Below the pieces are notes generated by a model that made no database searches, was not told where the DNA came from, and saw nothing but the letters and a program-made list of their open reading frames with translations. The translations under genes were made by a program, and so were the position numbers. This document shows, piece by piece, positions 28,786-40,059 of a stretch of 64,000 bases of DNA (its first letter is position 1; each line of letters opens with the position of its first letter). Source of the stretch: Armatimonadota bacterium (lineage in GTDB: Bacteria > Armatimonadota > HRBIN16); assembly GCA_963677485.1 (NCBI GenBank), contig OY781964.1, positions 320,001 through 384,000 of the forward strand, given 5' to 3'.

Positions 28786-30846
28786 TTATCGTGGTTGAGC
28801 AGCCGCTGGTAGTTTCAATATAGCGGGCTTCATCCAGCAGAACCAGTCATAGCTCGGGTCCTTTCGTGCATTCACGCCCAGACCCAGGCGGATGCTTTGC
28901 CCTGCCCAGGTACTTAGGTCTATGCGCAACGGCTTCCATGCGCGGCTGGTCTGTGTTCCCTTGGCGACCTGCTTGTCATTCACCAGCACCACCCAGTCCA
29001 CACCGTCAATGGAGTTGGCCGAGAACCCGGTGGATGCCACGAACACAAGCTTCTGCTTCGTTGTGATTTTAGGCAGATTGATCACCATGGTTCCATATCC
29101 TGTGCCCGTCAGCGGAGGGTGGCTCAGTATCGCCTTCTGGAAGGTCACACTGTCGGTCACCAACTCTGGCCGCCATTCCAGCCCTGATCTCATATTCTGC
29201 AGAGTGGCTCGGTCCATGATCGTGCACAGGTCGACCACCAGGCTGTCAGCAGCATAGACAGGCTTGGGTGGCGTGCGGTCGATCTTGCTGGCGGGCAGAA
29301 GCTGCTTCCAACTCTTCACGCCTAACACCGGCAGCAGATATGCCAGTTTTTGCTCCGCGCCAGGAGTGCCGGATAGCCGAAAAACCTCCCAAATGGGTAA
29401 CTTACGGCCGTAGGGATTGGGTGAGTTATCCTCTGGCTTGTCATACAGACCGAGCTTCAGTCCGAAAAGAGTCTGATCAGATTTCGAGGAGACATGCTGG
29501 TAGAGGTTGAAGGCGTCAATCCCATCGATATGCGCCACGCGGTAGTAAGCCGCGGCATACGCGGCAGCCTGCACCAGTTCACCATTGGGATCGCTGGTGA
29601 CGTTAAATCCCTGCTCGGTGAGTGCCACTTTACGCCGCTGCCTACGATAGAGCATCCGCGGTTGAGCCAGATAGGCTGGCAGCACCTCCAGGTTCTTGAA
29701 GGTAATCTTGGGTGTATCGAACCTCAGCACAGCCTGATCATCTTTCAGGAAGTTGGGCTGGTACAGGTCCTGCGGGTAAGGATGAAAAGCCACACACCAC
29801 GGGAAGTCGCCCTCCATCCTGGCGCGTTTCGCCACACCCTCGATCACGGCGATCCCGGTCAGGTCTACAGGGGCACTCCAGTTATGTGTCATGCTGATCA
29901 GTGCGCGCAGGTCGGGATGGGTATCGCGTAAGGCCAAATCGGTCACCCGGACCGCCTTCATGTACTCGTCCAGGAAATGCGATTCCGAGGGCCGTCCCAT
30001 GTTATACCAGGACCGGTGCGCCTGCACCTCATTGCCGACCACATAACTGCTGATCCAGCCGTATTTACAATCGGGTCGGCTATAACGCTCAGCAACAAAA
30101 CGCATCACTGCCCGATACGCCTTCCAGCCGCTCTCATTGGCGATATTGATCGCGCCATAACGCAGTGGAGCGTTGGCCAGATCGCTCTCTGGGTGTATGA
30201 GTGGATTGGTGGGATCAGGCTTCAATGGCATGAAGTTGCTGATCACCGCGATGCAGTTAATGCCAGCATCGGTCAGCTCCTTGATCTGCTGATCGGTGCT
30301 TCGTAATGCTTCCAGGTTGATGCCGTAACGCTCATTATCTACCACGACCACGGGCTCACCGGGCAGCACCGCATCGGGTGACTTCAGAACGCCCGTGATC
30401 ACCATGTTCACGGTCGCATGCCTCACACCCAGCGTCTTTAGGTCGTCCACCATGCGGGGAAGACTCATGCCTTTCTTCTCTTTCGGCCAGATGATCCGAA
30501 AACCACGGCTGTTCTGCGTGAAGTCGGTGACATACAGGTTGTTCGATGCGTCTCCTGTCCTGTTGCTTACCAGACGGAAACGCTGGTAGAGCAGGTCTTC
30601 GCCATCTAGAATTCGCTTGAACCTGATCTTCTGTTGGCCGCTCAGCTTGCCGTTCCAAACCGCTATGACCCCGAACGTCTCCCAAGGCTTCAAGGCCTCG
30701 AGACGATAATATCCAGGTTTGGCAGATTTGGCCGTCACCGTGATCATCGACTTACTGGCCTCAACCTTTAGCAGTTCCGCCGCACCAGCACCACAGCTTA
30801 TACATATAATGAATGCGATCGAGACCGTTATCAATGAACTCTTCAT
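28786..30846 (-). CDS. secreted DUF5722-like glycoside hydrolase (paralog of 24867..26918)
   Basis: Collinear full-length similarity to the 683-aa gene, e.g. ERYSRPDCKYGW, HFLDEYMKAVRVTDL, AFHPYPQDL. Confidence 0.8.
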   Translation of the reverse strand: MKSSLITVSIAFIICISCGAGAAELLKVEASKSMITVTAKSAKPGYYRLEALKPWETFGVIAVWNGKLSGQQKIRFKRILDGEDLLYQRFRLVSNRTGDASNNLYVTDFTQNSRGFRIIWPKEKKGMSLPRMVDDLKTLGVRHATVNMVITGVLKSPDAVLPGEPVVVVDNERYGINLEALRSTDQQIKELTDAGINCIAVISNFMPLKPDPTNPLIHPESDLANAPLRYGAINIANESGWKAYRAVMRFVAERYSRPDCKYGWISSYVVGNEVQAHRSWYNMGRPSESHFLDEYMKAVRVTDLALRDTHPDLRALISMTHNWSAPVDLTGIAVIEGVAKRARMEGDFPWCVAFHPYPQDLYQPNFLKDDQAVLRFDTPKITFKNLEVLPAYLAQPRMLYRRQRRKVALTEQGFNVTSDPNGELVQAAAYAAAYYRVAHIDGIDAFNLYQHVSSKSDQTLFGLKLGLYDKPEDNSPNPYGRKLPIWEVFRLSGTPGAEQKLAYLLPVLGVKSWKQLLPASKIDRTPPKPVYAADSLVVDLCTIMDRATLQNMRSGLEWRPELVTDSVTFQKAILSHPPLTGTGYGTMVINLPKITTKQKLVFVASTGFSANSIDGVDWVVLVNDKQVAKGTQTSRAWKPLRIDLSTWAGQSIRLGLGVNARKDPSYDWFCWMKPAILKLPAAAQPR

Positions 30847-31054
30847 TCCTCACCCTTTCGTAGAGCCAAAACTGAAGACAGCACAATTGGTATGACGTCG
30901 ATCCTGCCATTTTTCGGTGCTTAGTGTGCTTTCCGTTGATACTATTCTACCCTGTGATCCGCCTCATTCCCATAGAGCATGAAGGCGTGATTGAACTCCA
31001 TAGCCAAATCGGCGTAATATCAATCAGGACTAAGTTTTTATAAGGAGCGGGATC

Positions 31055-33034
31055 ATGGCCACACGACTCGGTTTCATAACCGCACTCGCGATGCTTGCCG
31101 TCTGTTGGCCGTCGCCTGCGCGATCCCAACCCGATAGCCAAACACCAAATACTACCCAAACAAAGAGGATACAAATGCGAGTCTGGACCAACACCGAGTC
31201 AAATGGTGCCATCCACGCCATGGGGAATGGCGAGATGGTTGTATACGGTCAGGGCGCGAACCTGACAAACATATACGGCCCTCCATATAGTGCTCCAAAC
31301 ACTCTATCCCTCACGACCGAAGGTTCGGAGCAGCTGCAAGACACAGCAGTACGTGAGATGGGCACATCCATCTGGAACCACAAGACCTCTGTCGCTGGTC
31401 AGCCAGCCGTTGACTACACCGAGTTTGTGGCCTCGGACATGGCAGCATATATCCGCCTGTTCGATTGTAAATCCGAGGGTGTCCGCTGGGTTCTGCACCC
31501 GCATCCTGCCGCTAAATTCACCCAGTGCGCTCTGGTTCCGGGTGTCTGGCAGCAGATCATCAAAGCGGGCCAGAATGCCTATAACTACCCCACTAACCTG
31601 TGGTCCTTTCACCGCATCGTGCCTCAGGGCTCCTGCAAGACCGAGCTTAGCCCGAACGGCGATCTGGTCATCAGCATCCTGCCCGGAAAAGGCAGCCTGG
31701 CGGTGGTCGGAGCCTCCACGTACCCGGATGCGGTCACGGAGACCGAGAAGCTGATGAAGCTAGGTGCTGCAGCCTATCTGGAGCCCACCCACGCCCACTG
31801 GAAGGCCTTCACCGAGCGCCGTCTGGCCGCCAAGCCGGAGCTCAAGAAGCTGCCCGCCGATATGGCCGAGGTAGTGGATAGCATCGCCACGCTGATCAAA
31901 TCGCAACAGTCCAATGACGGCGGCGTGATGGCAGGCCATTACTACGCTCTTGCCTATGTTCGCGACCAGTATGGCACCGCCAAAGGTATGCTGAGCATCG
32001 GCATGGTGGAAGAGGCCCGCAAGAACCTGGAGTTCCGGCTGCGCAAATATCTTCTGTTCGGCACGCTGCAAACCGCTGAGACCATGGGTGTTGACTGCGC
32101 GCGTCATATCCACGAGAATGACGAATCCGAAGGCCCGGGCTACACCATTCTGCAGGCACGAGACTACATCGAGCTCACCGGCGATCACGCCTTTGGCCAG
32201 AAAATGTGGCCGATGCTGGACTGGTGCTGGACGGTGCAGACCAAACATCTGGCCGGTGGTCTGCTGCCATTCAACGGCGACGAAACCTATGTGGCGGGCG
32301 GCTTCTTCCCTCGCTCTGGGCTGAACCAGGGCTCCGCCGACTCCACGCTGGTGTTCATCGAGGCCGGTAAGTGGCTTGGCAAGTGGGCGGTCGATCATGG
32401 CTATTGGAGCAATGGGTTTGCGAAAGATCAAATGGCAATGGTGAAGCAGGCCTCCGAGGCCTACCGCAAGCACTTCTTCGCCGGCAACCTCATCTGGGCC
32501 AACGAACCCGAACGTCTCGACCATATTACACCACCCAGGTTCCGGCACGGCGTGTGCGAGGGTTCTTGCGGTTGGTTTGGCTGGACCGAGCGCAGCGACA
32601 AAGGCCGCTACCTCTGCCCGAACTGCATCGGCGTGAAGGATGTGCCCGCTGAGGTTCCTGCGAAGATGGAGGTGAACTCCGTGTCGCTGTTGCCGGCGTA
32701 TCTGGAGAGCGACATCCTCAGCAACGAGGAGACGCAGCGTGTGCTGGAGCACGTGCTGTCGCAAGCCGACGCACAAGGTCATATCTCCAGTGTGCCCGGA
32801 AAACCGGCTTGTGTGGGTTACGATCCAGGCTTGATTTTGATCAGCTTGACTAAGCTGCACAGCCCCAAGGCGAAACAGGCATGTGAGCGCATGCTGAAGC
32901 TGCTGGACGACACCGGAGCCTGGGTGGAGTATTACGGTGGAGGCGATGCCCGCATCGGCTGCTGCCGTGCCCGTCCATGGGAGAGCGGCATCAACGTGAA
33001 GGCACTGGTGAATTACCTGAGCCAGACGAAGTAG
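31055..33034 (+). CDS. secreted six-hairpin glycosidase-like protein
   Basis: Signal peptide; QQSNDGG...YVRD, FNGDETY and GAWVEYY...RPWE resemble (alpha/alpha)6 GH15-like enzymes; AAGGAG RBS. Confidence 0.65.
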   Translation: MATRLGFITALAMLAVCWPSPARSQPDSQTPNTTQTKRIQMRVWTNTESNGAIHAMGNGEMVVYGQGANLTNIYGPPYSAPNTLSLTTEGSEQLQDTAVREMGTSIWNHKTSVAGQPAVDYTEFVASDMAAYIRLFDCKSEGVRWVLHPHPAAKFTQCALVPGVWQQIIKAGQNAYNYPTNLWSFHRIVPQGSCKTELSPNGDLVISILPGKGSLAVVGASTYPDAVTETEKLMKLGAAAYLEPTHAHWKAFTERRLAAKPELKKLPADMAEVVDSIATLIKSQQSNDGGVMAGHYYALAYVRDQYGTAKGMLSIGMVEEARKNLEFRLRKYLLFGTLQTAETMGVDCARHIHENDESEGPGYTILQARDYIELTGDHAFGQKMWPMLDWCWTVQTKHLAGGLLPFNGDETYVAGGFFPRSGLNQGSADSTLVFIEAGKWLGKWAVDHGYWSNGFAKDQMAMVKQASEAYRKHFFAGNLIWANEPERLDHITPPRFRHGVCEGSCGWFGWTERSDKGRYLCPNCIGVKDVPAEVPAKMEVNSVSLLPAYLESDILSNEETQRVLEHVLSQADAQGHISSVPGKPACVGYDPGLILISLTKLHSPKAKQACERMLKLLDDTGAWVEYYGGGDARIGCCRARPWESGINVKALVNYLSQTK

Positions 33035-33059
33035 GGACGCAGGCTTTGTGATTCGTCAC

Positions 33060-33364
33060 CCTGCCACGTCCTGAAGGACAAGGTTATGTTCATGACTCAC
33101 TTCCGCCGCGCCCTGAAGGACGCGGCTTATTAGCCGAAAAGCCGGCTGAAGCCGTCTACCAGAGTTCTGCGATCGAGTGTGGGCTGTGATGTTTCATATC
33201 GATTACCGAGCGGATGTCCGCAGCCCATTTTAATGGGCTTTTCGGTTAAGAAGCCGCGTCCTTCAGGGCGCGGCACAGGATGTCGACGAAGGTTGCACCC
33301 TCTGGCGCAATCAGCCATTACGCCATATGAGCCCTATCCCTGCCGCGTCCTTCCGGGCGCGGCA
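33060..33364. repeat. REP-like inverted repeat cluster (CCCTGAAGGACGCGGC family)
   Basis: GCCGCGCCCTGAAGGACGCGGCTTATTAGCCGAAAAGCC (~33104) pairs with GGCTTTTCGGTTAAGAAGCCGCGTCCTTCAGGGCGCGGC (ending ~33274); further partial copies here and at ~48510. Confidence 0.7.
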
Positions 33365-33416
33365 TAGAATGGCGACGATTGCAGGCTTGCTGCATGGCTG
33401 TCCGCCGCTGCCCGAT

Positions 33417-34709
33417 CTAGGTAAAGCTGGGCAGGAAGTCGGCTTGCAACTGCAGCATGTAGTCCAGCATCTTCTCCGCCTGAACCACGCTGTCGACCAC
33501 CGGATCCAGCAGCAGTGCTTGCATCAGCCTGTCGCGCGACTTGGTGGCAAACGCCTCAGTCAGGCTGTCAATGATCGAGAACTGCACGCGCATCAATGCT
33601 GCGGCTGGCTCAGGGATGCAGCCTACAAAGTGCGGGTGAAGACCATCAGCATCCACTGAAGCGGGAACTTCCACCACAGCCGTTTTGGGCAGATTCGCCA
33701 CATATCCAGCACTGTTCAACACGTTCACGGCCGGGTCATCAAACGCCACGCCCGAAACCTGCGCGTTGATGATGTCCACAGCCGCCTCTCCGCTGCCGCG
33801 CACCCAGCTCTCATCAGCAACCTCACCCGCCTGCACCACACTCTCCACTGCGCTCACCTGCCGCTCCGACGGCTTCACAGCATGGCACTCCTGGCCATAC
33901 GACCATCGGTCGGGCACATAGCTTGCTCCCCAGGCCAGGTACTCGCCGATGTGGTCGTCCGACCGGTAAGTGAACATATTGAAATACTTCACCAGGTCAT
34001 GGTAGATGGAGTTCTGACGCTTCTCATCGGCCAGAGCGCCCTCAATAACCTTCGGCAGAAGGTCTTCCCCTGTCTGCTTATCCTTCACGCTCAGGAACAT
34101 GTAGAAGTGGTTTAGACCAGCGCTCACGATCTCCAGCTCATCCAGTGGACGGCCCAGATACTGGCTGGCAGCACCTGTTCCGCTGTGGATACCGTGGCAA
34201 AGCCCCACCACCTTAATCTTGGTGAGGTGCGACACCGCATGGGTGATGCGCGCCACCGGGTTCGTGAAGTCCAACAATAGTGCCGTAGGACAGATGCGCT
34301 CCATATCGCGGCAGATGGGTATCACGATGTTCATGTTGCGCAGCGCGTGGAATATGGCGCCAGGACCGCCATTTTCGCCCAGAATATGCCGGAAGCCAAA
34401 CGCGTGTGGCACTCGGAAGTCCTGCTCCCAAAGAGGCATTCGCGATCGTTCCACGGCGCAGATCACGAAATTGGCGTCAGTCAACGCTTGCTCAAGGTCC
34501 AGGCTCCGCGTGACCGTGATGTCTGCACCGAGGTGCGCCTTCACGATCTCAGCGAAGCGGTACATCAAGTCGAGAGCGGTCTCGTTGATGTCGTGCAGGC
34601 AGAGGGTCACTCCCTGCCCTCGCAAACCTTCAGCCCACATGATATCTACTACATTGCCTCGGCCAAAATCCTTCGACCCGGCACCCACCATGACGATCTT
34701 AACGGACAT
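33417..34709 (-). CDS. family 4 glycoside hydrolase (NAD+-dependent alpha-galactosidase/glucosidase)
   Basis: KIVMVGAGS, GENGGPG, FTNP, VGLCHG, AGLNHF and VVEVPA motifs; ATG at 34709 after AGGAG. Confidence 0.9.
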   Translation of the reverse strand: MSVKIVMVGAGSKDFGRGNVVDIMWAEGLRGQGVTLCLHDINETALDLMYRFAEIVKAHLGADITVTRSLDLEQALTDANFVICAVERSRMPLWEQDFRVPHAFGFRHILGENGGPGAIFHALRNMNIVIPICRDMERICPTALLLDFTNPVARITHAVSHLTKIKVVGLCHGIHSGTGAASQYLGRPLDELEIVSAGLNHFYMFLSVKDKQTGEDLLPKVIEGALADEKRQNSIYHDLVKYFNMFTYRSDDHIGEYLAWGASYVPDRWSYGQECHAVKPSERQVSAVESVVQAGEVADESWVRGSGEAAVDIINAQVSGVAFDDPAVNVLNSAGYVANLPKTAVVEVPASVDADGLHPHFVGCIPEPAAALMRVQFSIIDSLTEAFATKSRDRLMQALLLDPVVDSVVQAEKMLDYMLQLQADFLPSFT

Positions 34710-34905
34710 ATGCACTCCTCTTTCCGGCACACAAAGATATGTGTAACCGCTGATATTATTCGCTCTCGAGCGGCAGTATTCCTACTGCCAACTGATTGTT
34801 TGACATACCCATTCGTCACTGTGTCCTAAAAAACAGGGACAGATGCAGCGGACTGCTTCTATCCCTGTTGCGTTGACGATGCAAATCTGATCGGTCAGCC
34901 GATCA

Positions 34906-36204
34906 CTAGAACTTGATACCATACCCCAGCATGAACTCAAACTGGTACATGGACAGGTCGACCTGCTGCTGGCCTGGAGCTTCCATGGGGTTGGCACCAC
35001 TCACCGTTTTTGAAGGCGAATAAGCCAGCGCAAATGAGAACTCACGGTCGTTGGGCAGCTCTTTGGTTCCACCCAGCGTGTAATGCCATTCCTGAACACC
35101 AGGAGCCAGGATGTTAAACAACACTTCGCTGCTTGGGATGGGCTGTCGGCCATAGCTGACACCAGTCCGCCAGGTCCAGTCGGCTGCTCCCTTTTTCTGG
35201 TAGCCAAGTTTGTACACGGTCATATCGCGCCAGCCAAAACCTGACCCATTATCTCCACCCAGCAGATAGGATGCATCTCCGCCCATGCCGTTCATCAGGT
35301 AAGAGAAGGGATTACCAATGGAGGCGACATCGCTGTACCATATCTTTTTGATATCAAAGGTAACCACAGTATCTTCATTGGTATGGTAAGCACAACCAAT
35401 CGTACCGTTAGCAGGGATATCGAAACCGCCCTGCTGAGCAAACAGATCAGAATAACGTGTAAATTTACCCATGCTGATTTTTGGCTGATAGGCTGCACTC
35501 AGTGTGAGCTTCTCACTTACATTCGCCTGTACACCCAATCGAACACCCACTCCGTCAGTGGTGTCTTTACCCTGATTAGTGAGGCTGTCTGGGTTGCCGT
35601 CGCTGACCATACCGCCAAAGCTGGCAAGGCCATCGGCTTCGAAGTTCTGCATGACGTATATCAGCGAGATGCCAAAATCCAGTTTCGGCGAGACCTTACG
35701 TGCATAGGTGCCCGCGATGAACATCTGCTCAAGGTTAACTCCTGTCGCACCAGCCCAATAAGTGCCAGTTCCGCCAGCCGATGCAGGCCAGGTGGTGTTC
35801 ATGCCGCCGTTGCCATAGATGGTGATACCAAGGCTGGAATTCTCATCAAGCATTTTATTGTAGCCAATGTCTGGCATATAGAACAGCTTGCTCGCGCTGT
35901 CCCAATTTCCGGGCGCTAATGGGAATGTGCCGGGTGCGCCTGATGGGTTACCGCTGACCGAATAGTTCCTTAAGGGCGAAAAAAGATTCAAGCCGATGTC
36001 GAATCTGGTCCCGACGGTCACCATACCCGCCGGATTGGTAGCCGCCGCCAATGCATCCTGAGATAGTGCGGAGGTAGCACCCGCCAGGGCTTTTGATTTG
36101 ACGCCAAAGCCGTCAGTAAAATAGCCATCGGTTGACCATGAGGGTGAACTAATGGCTGCCGCCATGACGACAGCAAGTGCCGCCTTTGTAATGAATAATT
36201 TCAA
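34906..36204 (-). CDS. FadL/OmpP1 family outer-membrane transport protein
   Basis: Signal peptide, TDGYF N-terminus, NPAG motif, YGNGGMNT and C-terminal Phe. Confidence 0.85.
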   Translation of the reverse strand: MKLFITKAALAVVMAAAISSPSWSTDGYFTDGFGVKSKALAGATSALSQDALAAATNPAGMVTVGTRFDIGLNLFSPLRNYSVSGNPSGAPGTFPLAPGNWDSASKLFYMPDIGYNKMLDENSSLGITIYGNGGMNTTWPASAGGTGTYWAGATGVNLEQMFIAGTYARKVSPKLDFGISLIYVMQNFEADGLASFGGMVSDGNPDSLTNQGKDTTDGVGVRLGVQANVSEKLTLSAAYQPKISMGKFTRYSDLFAQQGGFDIPANGTIGCAYHTNEDTVVTFDIKKIWYSDVASIGNPFSYLMNGMGGDASYLLGGDNGSGFGWRDMTVYKLGYQKKGAADWTWRTGVSYGRQPIPSSEVLFNILAPGVQEWHYTLGGTKELPNDREFSFALAYSPSKTVSGANPMEAPGQQQVDLSMYQFEFMLGYGIKF

Positions 36205-36327
36205 TGATATTCCCCTTCATTTTCGATATCTAGATATGGGTAGTTTGGGAAAAGCCTGTGAATAGCCGGATATCTGCCGTTACGAAGACATACTGAAGTG
36301 AACGAAAATACAGTTCTACATTAGTTT

Positions 36328-36356
36328 TATATACCTGTACTCAAACATGCTGTCAA
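36328..36356 (-). promoter_or_regulatory. sigma70-like promoter for the FadL-family gene
   Basis: Minus strand TTGACA (36356-36351), 17 nt, TATATA (36333-36328). Confidence 0.5.
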
Positions 36357-36627
36357 GAAGGCATGATAGATTACACGGCACTGGGTATATCTCACCGCGT
36401 CCTGGCATATTGTAAGCCACTTATCTGAGCTAGTCTTAGATATATCTGTGGCATTCAGTCCTCAGTATATGCAACCATTATCGTTTACCAGAGCTCTCTA
36501 GCGCATTAACGTCTCGTTTTCTGGTAGATTCGCATTATCATTCAAGCCACGCCGCGTCTTCGCGTGATTGGCAGGGTTGTGTATAATACATTCAATACAC
36601 GCCATACATTTCGTAAGGAGTTTTCAC

Positions 36628-38925
36628 ATGTCTATGCGTTTATGGTCCGGTCTGGCCGTGATAACCTCGGTACTGATGCTCTCACTCTCTGCAAATGCTC
36701 AGCTCGCGAAGCCGCCAGCCGACCTGCTGCCGAATGTGCCAGCAGACTTCACACGCTTCGTGATGCCCAACCAACCCGAGGTGGCACAGCTTTTCAACCG
36801 CTACACATGGTATTTCTGGAACAACCGCGCCTACAACAACAATGTGATGTTCTACCAGGAATATATGACCATGGCAGACATGTGGCTGAACGACGCGATA
36901 GACCCGCGCCGAAAGATCAGCATCCAAAATGCCCGACGCGACGACCTGGCCACTACGCTTATCCACCGCAGCGGATATGTGCACACGCAGCAGCACTATA
37001 GTCATGCCGACGACTGGGGCTGGGTGTTTCCACTATGGGAACAAAGCCAAGTTTTTAACCCGGGCGACCCCGCGAACATCTACAAAAAAAACACCACCTA
37101 CGGATGGTGCTTCCAGACCACGGTGCCACCGTGGTGGATTGATGGTGGGTATCTGGTATCGTGGCCCGGGCTGCAGGGTGACGCGCTGGGCGAATCGGCC
37201 ACCCACAAATGGGAGCTGACAGACCTTAAAAGCAGCGGCATCAAAGAGGAAAAATGGCAGCTCGAAGCCACAGGCCCAAACCCAACCATCACCTCACCTG
37301 CCGATGTGCAGTTGCAGGCGTTCCAGTGCCCGTATCTGCAGATTCGCTGGCTTCGCGAACTGGCATCTGGCGGTAAACCCAAGGCGGTAATCGAGTGGAT
37401 GCGGGTCGGTGATACCGGCTTCTCTGCCGACCGCCGTATCGAGTTCGACGCACAGTCTGAGACGACGGAACTCGAAAAGCAGATCGGCTTCATCGCCACG
37501 GACACCATCATGGGACCGTGGGAACAAACCTGGCACAGCATCGTGCCGATGTTTAAGCATCCGAAGTGGAATGGCAAAATCGCAAGGTTCCGCATCCGAC
37601 TAGCACCTGGCAGTGAACAGGCGAAATTCCAGATTGACAGCATCTTCACCTGCTACGACACGCGCCATTCCATCAACAACCCGCTGTTCGTGATGGGCTC
37701 ATGGAACGTCTACCGCTGGTCTGGCGACTTGGATTTCCTCCGTAAACAGCTCGACCGTATGCGCATCGCCTGTAAATACCAGATGGAGCAGATGGGTGGC
37801 TTGAAATACAACCACATCCGCAACACCTGGCCTGGGCACGACGGTCTACCAGGCTGGAGCATCGACAACACCAAGCCCGGTAAGCGCGTATTGAATGGCG
37901 GGCATGGCATAGGCAATAACTACTACGACCTGGTGCCCTTCGGCTGGGATGATGCCTACGCTACCAGTCAGTATTACGGCATGCTGACCACAATGATCAA
38001 AGTGGAGCGTCTGGTCCTAAAACATCCTGAATGGAAGATGCCGAACCGTGTAAAGTTCTACAGTGCTGATTTCCTGACTAAGCACGCAGCCAAAGTCAAA
38101 CAGACCGCCAACAAGCTGTTCTGGAACGACAAGACCGGGCGGTTCATTGGCTCCATCTCCAAAGAAGGCAAGCGTCACGACTACGGCTTCACCTTCGTCA
38201 ACCAGGATGCCATCTGGTATGACATCGCCAGCCCGGAACACGCGAAATCGATCATGGACTGGATCACCGGCAAGCGGATTGTAGCCGGCGACACCTCGCA
38301 AGGCCCGGATATCTACCGGTTCGAGTTCGGTCCCCGCGCCACTACCAAACGCAATGTGGAATGGTATGGCCAGGGCTGGTACTACCCTGAAGGTATTCCG
38401 TGGGGAGGCCAAATTCAAGACGGCGGTGCCGTGCTGGGCTTTGCATACTACGATCTATGGGCACGCATGAATGTGTATGGCATCGACAACGCCTGGTCGC
38501 AGTTTACACGTATTGCCAACTACGAAAAAGAGGTCATCGCCGCAGGTGGGTACCGCAAGTTCTACGCGGACGGCACCAAGGGCACCACACTGCAAGGCGG
38601 AGGCCGGCCGGGCGGTATCGGAGTCGACCAGGAGTTCCTGGAGAGCGCCGTGCTGCCGGCATTTATCGTGAACGGATTCCTGGGCATCAATCCCGATGGC
38701 CAGAACCTGCTCATCAAGCCCAATCTGCCGAAGGCGTGTCCCAGCATAGGCATCCGTAAAATGCGATACCGCAACTGCACATGGAACATCCAGGCCGACG
38801 GCTCACAGATCATCGTGGAGTTACTGGACAAGCCCTCGCAGCCCATCAGCGTGTGCTGGTACCAGCACGGCAAGCTGATGAGCTACAGCTTCAAGACTCC
38901 AGGGCTGGTAAAGCTGAAGCGTTAG
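36628..38925 (+). CDS. secreted six-hairpin glycosidase-like protein with GH65-like C-terminus
   Basis: Signal peptide; NNYYD, FWNDKTGRF, QDGG and GFLGINP...IKPNLP; ATG at 36628 after AAGGAG. Confidence 0.7.
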   Translation: MSMRLWSGLAVITSVLMLSLSANAQLAKPPADLLPNVPADFTRFVMPNQPEVAQLFNRYTWYFWNNRAYNNNVMFYQEYMTMADMWLNDAIDPRRKISIQNARRDDLATTLIHRSGYVHTQQHYSHADDWGWVFPLWEQSQVFNPGDPANIYKKNTTYGWCFQTTVPPWWIDGGYLVSWPGLQGDALGESATHKWELTDLKSSGIKEEKWQLEATGPNPTITSPADVQLQAFQCPYLQIRWLRELASGGKPKAVIEWMRVGDTGFSADRRIEFDAQSETTELEKQIGFIATDTIMGPWEQTWHSIVPMFKHPKWNGKIARFRIRLAPGSEQAKFQIDSIFTCYDTRHSINNPLFVMGSWNVYRWSGDLDFLRKQLDRMRIACKYQMEQMGGLKYNHIRNTWPGHDGLPGWSIDNTKPGKRVLNGGHGIGNNYYDLVPFGWDDAYATSQYYGMLTTMIKVERLVLKHPEWKMPNRVKFYSADFLTKHAAKVKQTANKLFWNDKTGRFIGSISKEGKRHDYGFTFVNQDAIWYDIASPEHAKSIMDWITGKRIVAGDTSQGPDIYRFEFGPRATTKRNVEWYGQGWYYPEGIPWGGQIQDGGAVLGFAYYDLWARMNVYGIDNAWSQFTRIANYEKEVIAAGGYRKFYADGTKGTTLQGGGRPGGIGVDQEFLESAVLPAFIVNGFLGINPDGQNLLIKPNLPKACPSIGIRKMRYRNCTWNIQADGSQIIVELLDKPSQPISVCWYQHGKLMSYSFKTPGLVKLKR

Positions 38926-39123
38926 GGGCTTGCACCAACGCAAGAAGGGCGGTTCGCGAACCGCCCTTACACAAGACAATCAACTGACCGGCGTGGTTTT
39001 CATCGCGCCGGTCTTGCGTTAGCCGTTAGAATATGTCAGACGAGTAGGACGAGTAGGACTGATAAGCTAGCGGCAACAGTTCCCATTCTATCTCCTTCTC
39101 TCCTGCTCTTCTGTCTCCTCCGC

Positions 39124-40059
39124 TTAGTGCATCTCCACCGCGCAGCTGCCGATTCCGCTGCGGAGGAAGTTGAACTGCACGTTCGGGTGAAGCCCCAGCA
39201 ACGACATCGGCACAGCCGAGTCGGCCAGTTTCTTGGCGATCATCAGCGTGGTCAGGCGCATACCAAACGGGTTGTCATGGCAGCCCGCGTGCCAGATCGA
39301 CACTTTCTCCGATTTCCATGTCTGCAGCGGGCCGACACTCACCGCCTGGCTGGGCACCAGATCAATCTTACCGCCTCCGCTGGTGCGGGCGTTCTGCATC
39401 ACCGTGACAGGGTGCAAGGTGACCACACGGGTGGAGAGCTTCAGGTATTCCTCCGGCGTGGGCGGGTTGTCCTGGTATTTCCCGGTTCTGGGCAGCGGGT
39501 CATTGAATGCCCAGTGCTTGATGTCGCCCTGACCACCCTGCATCACCGCGCAGCGGGCGGTTTCGAAACTGGCCACGTAGTCGGTATTGTCAGCTTTCGG
39601 AAAGTGCATATTGCTCGCCCTCATCGCCAGCTCGGGACGGATGCGGTTGAAACAGAGCTCCTTGTCGGCTTTCGCGAAGGATAGCGGATGGTCCTCAGCG
39701 GCCTCTTTACCGTCAATAATCCACTCGTCCATGCCCCAAAAGTGTGCGTCGCGGGCATTCAGGTTCAAGCCCATCGCATTCACCATGCGCGCCACCAACG
39801 GGAGCTGCTCGGTGGGGCCGATCGGGCCGCAGATGCCCACCGGGTCGTTCGGTGTTGACTGCTGCCACGCCTCGATATACTCCAAAGCCTCCGCGCAGTA
39901 GAACTCTTCGATGCTGTCGTAATACACCACCTTGAAACCTTCGCGCGACAGCCCAAACATATCCTCGGCAGTGAGTTTAGCGGCGTCATCCAGGATCGCC
40001 TGGTCGATGGTGGTAAAGTCCCACCACCCGGGAACGAGCTTGCTGATCGGTCGAGTCAT
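39124..40059 (-). CDS. glucosamine-6-phosphate isomerase/deaminase-like protein (NagB fold)
   Basis: [20 protein letters not shown] and HWAFNDP motifs. Confidence 0.8.
   Translation of the reverse strand: MTRPISKLVPGWWDFTTIDQAILDDAAKLTAEDMFGLSREGFKVVYYDSIEEFYCAEALEYIEAWQQSTPNDPVGICGPIGPTEQLPLVARMVNAMGLNLNARDAHFWGMDEWIIDGKEAAEDHPLSFAKADKELCFNRIRPELAMRASNMHFPKADNTDYVASFETARCAVMQGGQGDIKHWAFNDPLPRTGKYQDNPPTPEEYLKLSTRVVTLHPVTVMQNARTSGGGKIDLVPSQAVSVGPLQTWKSEKVSIWHAGCHDNPFGMRLTTLMIAKKLADSAVPMSLLGLHPNVQFNFLRSGIGSCAVEMH

Noticed and set aside
36205-36627. Riboswitch in the divergent intergenic region upstream of the FadL-like gene
   Set aside because: AT-rich with promoter-like hexamers but no recognisable aptamer or strong helices.
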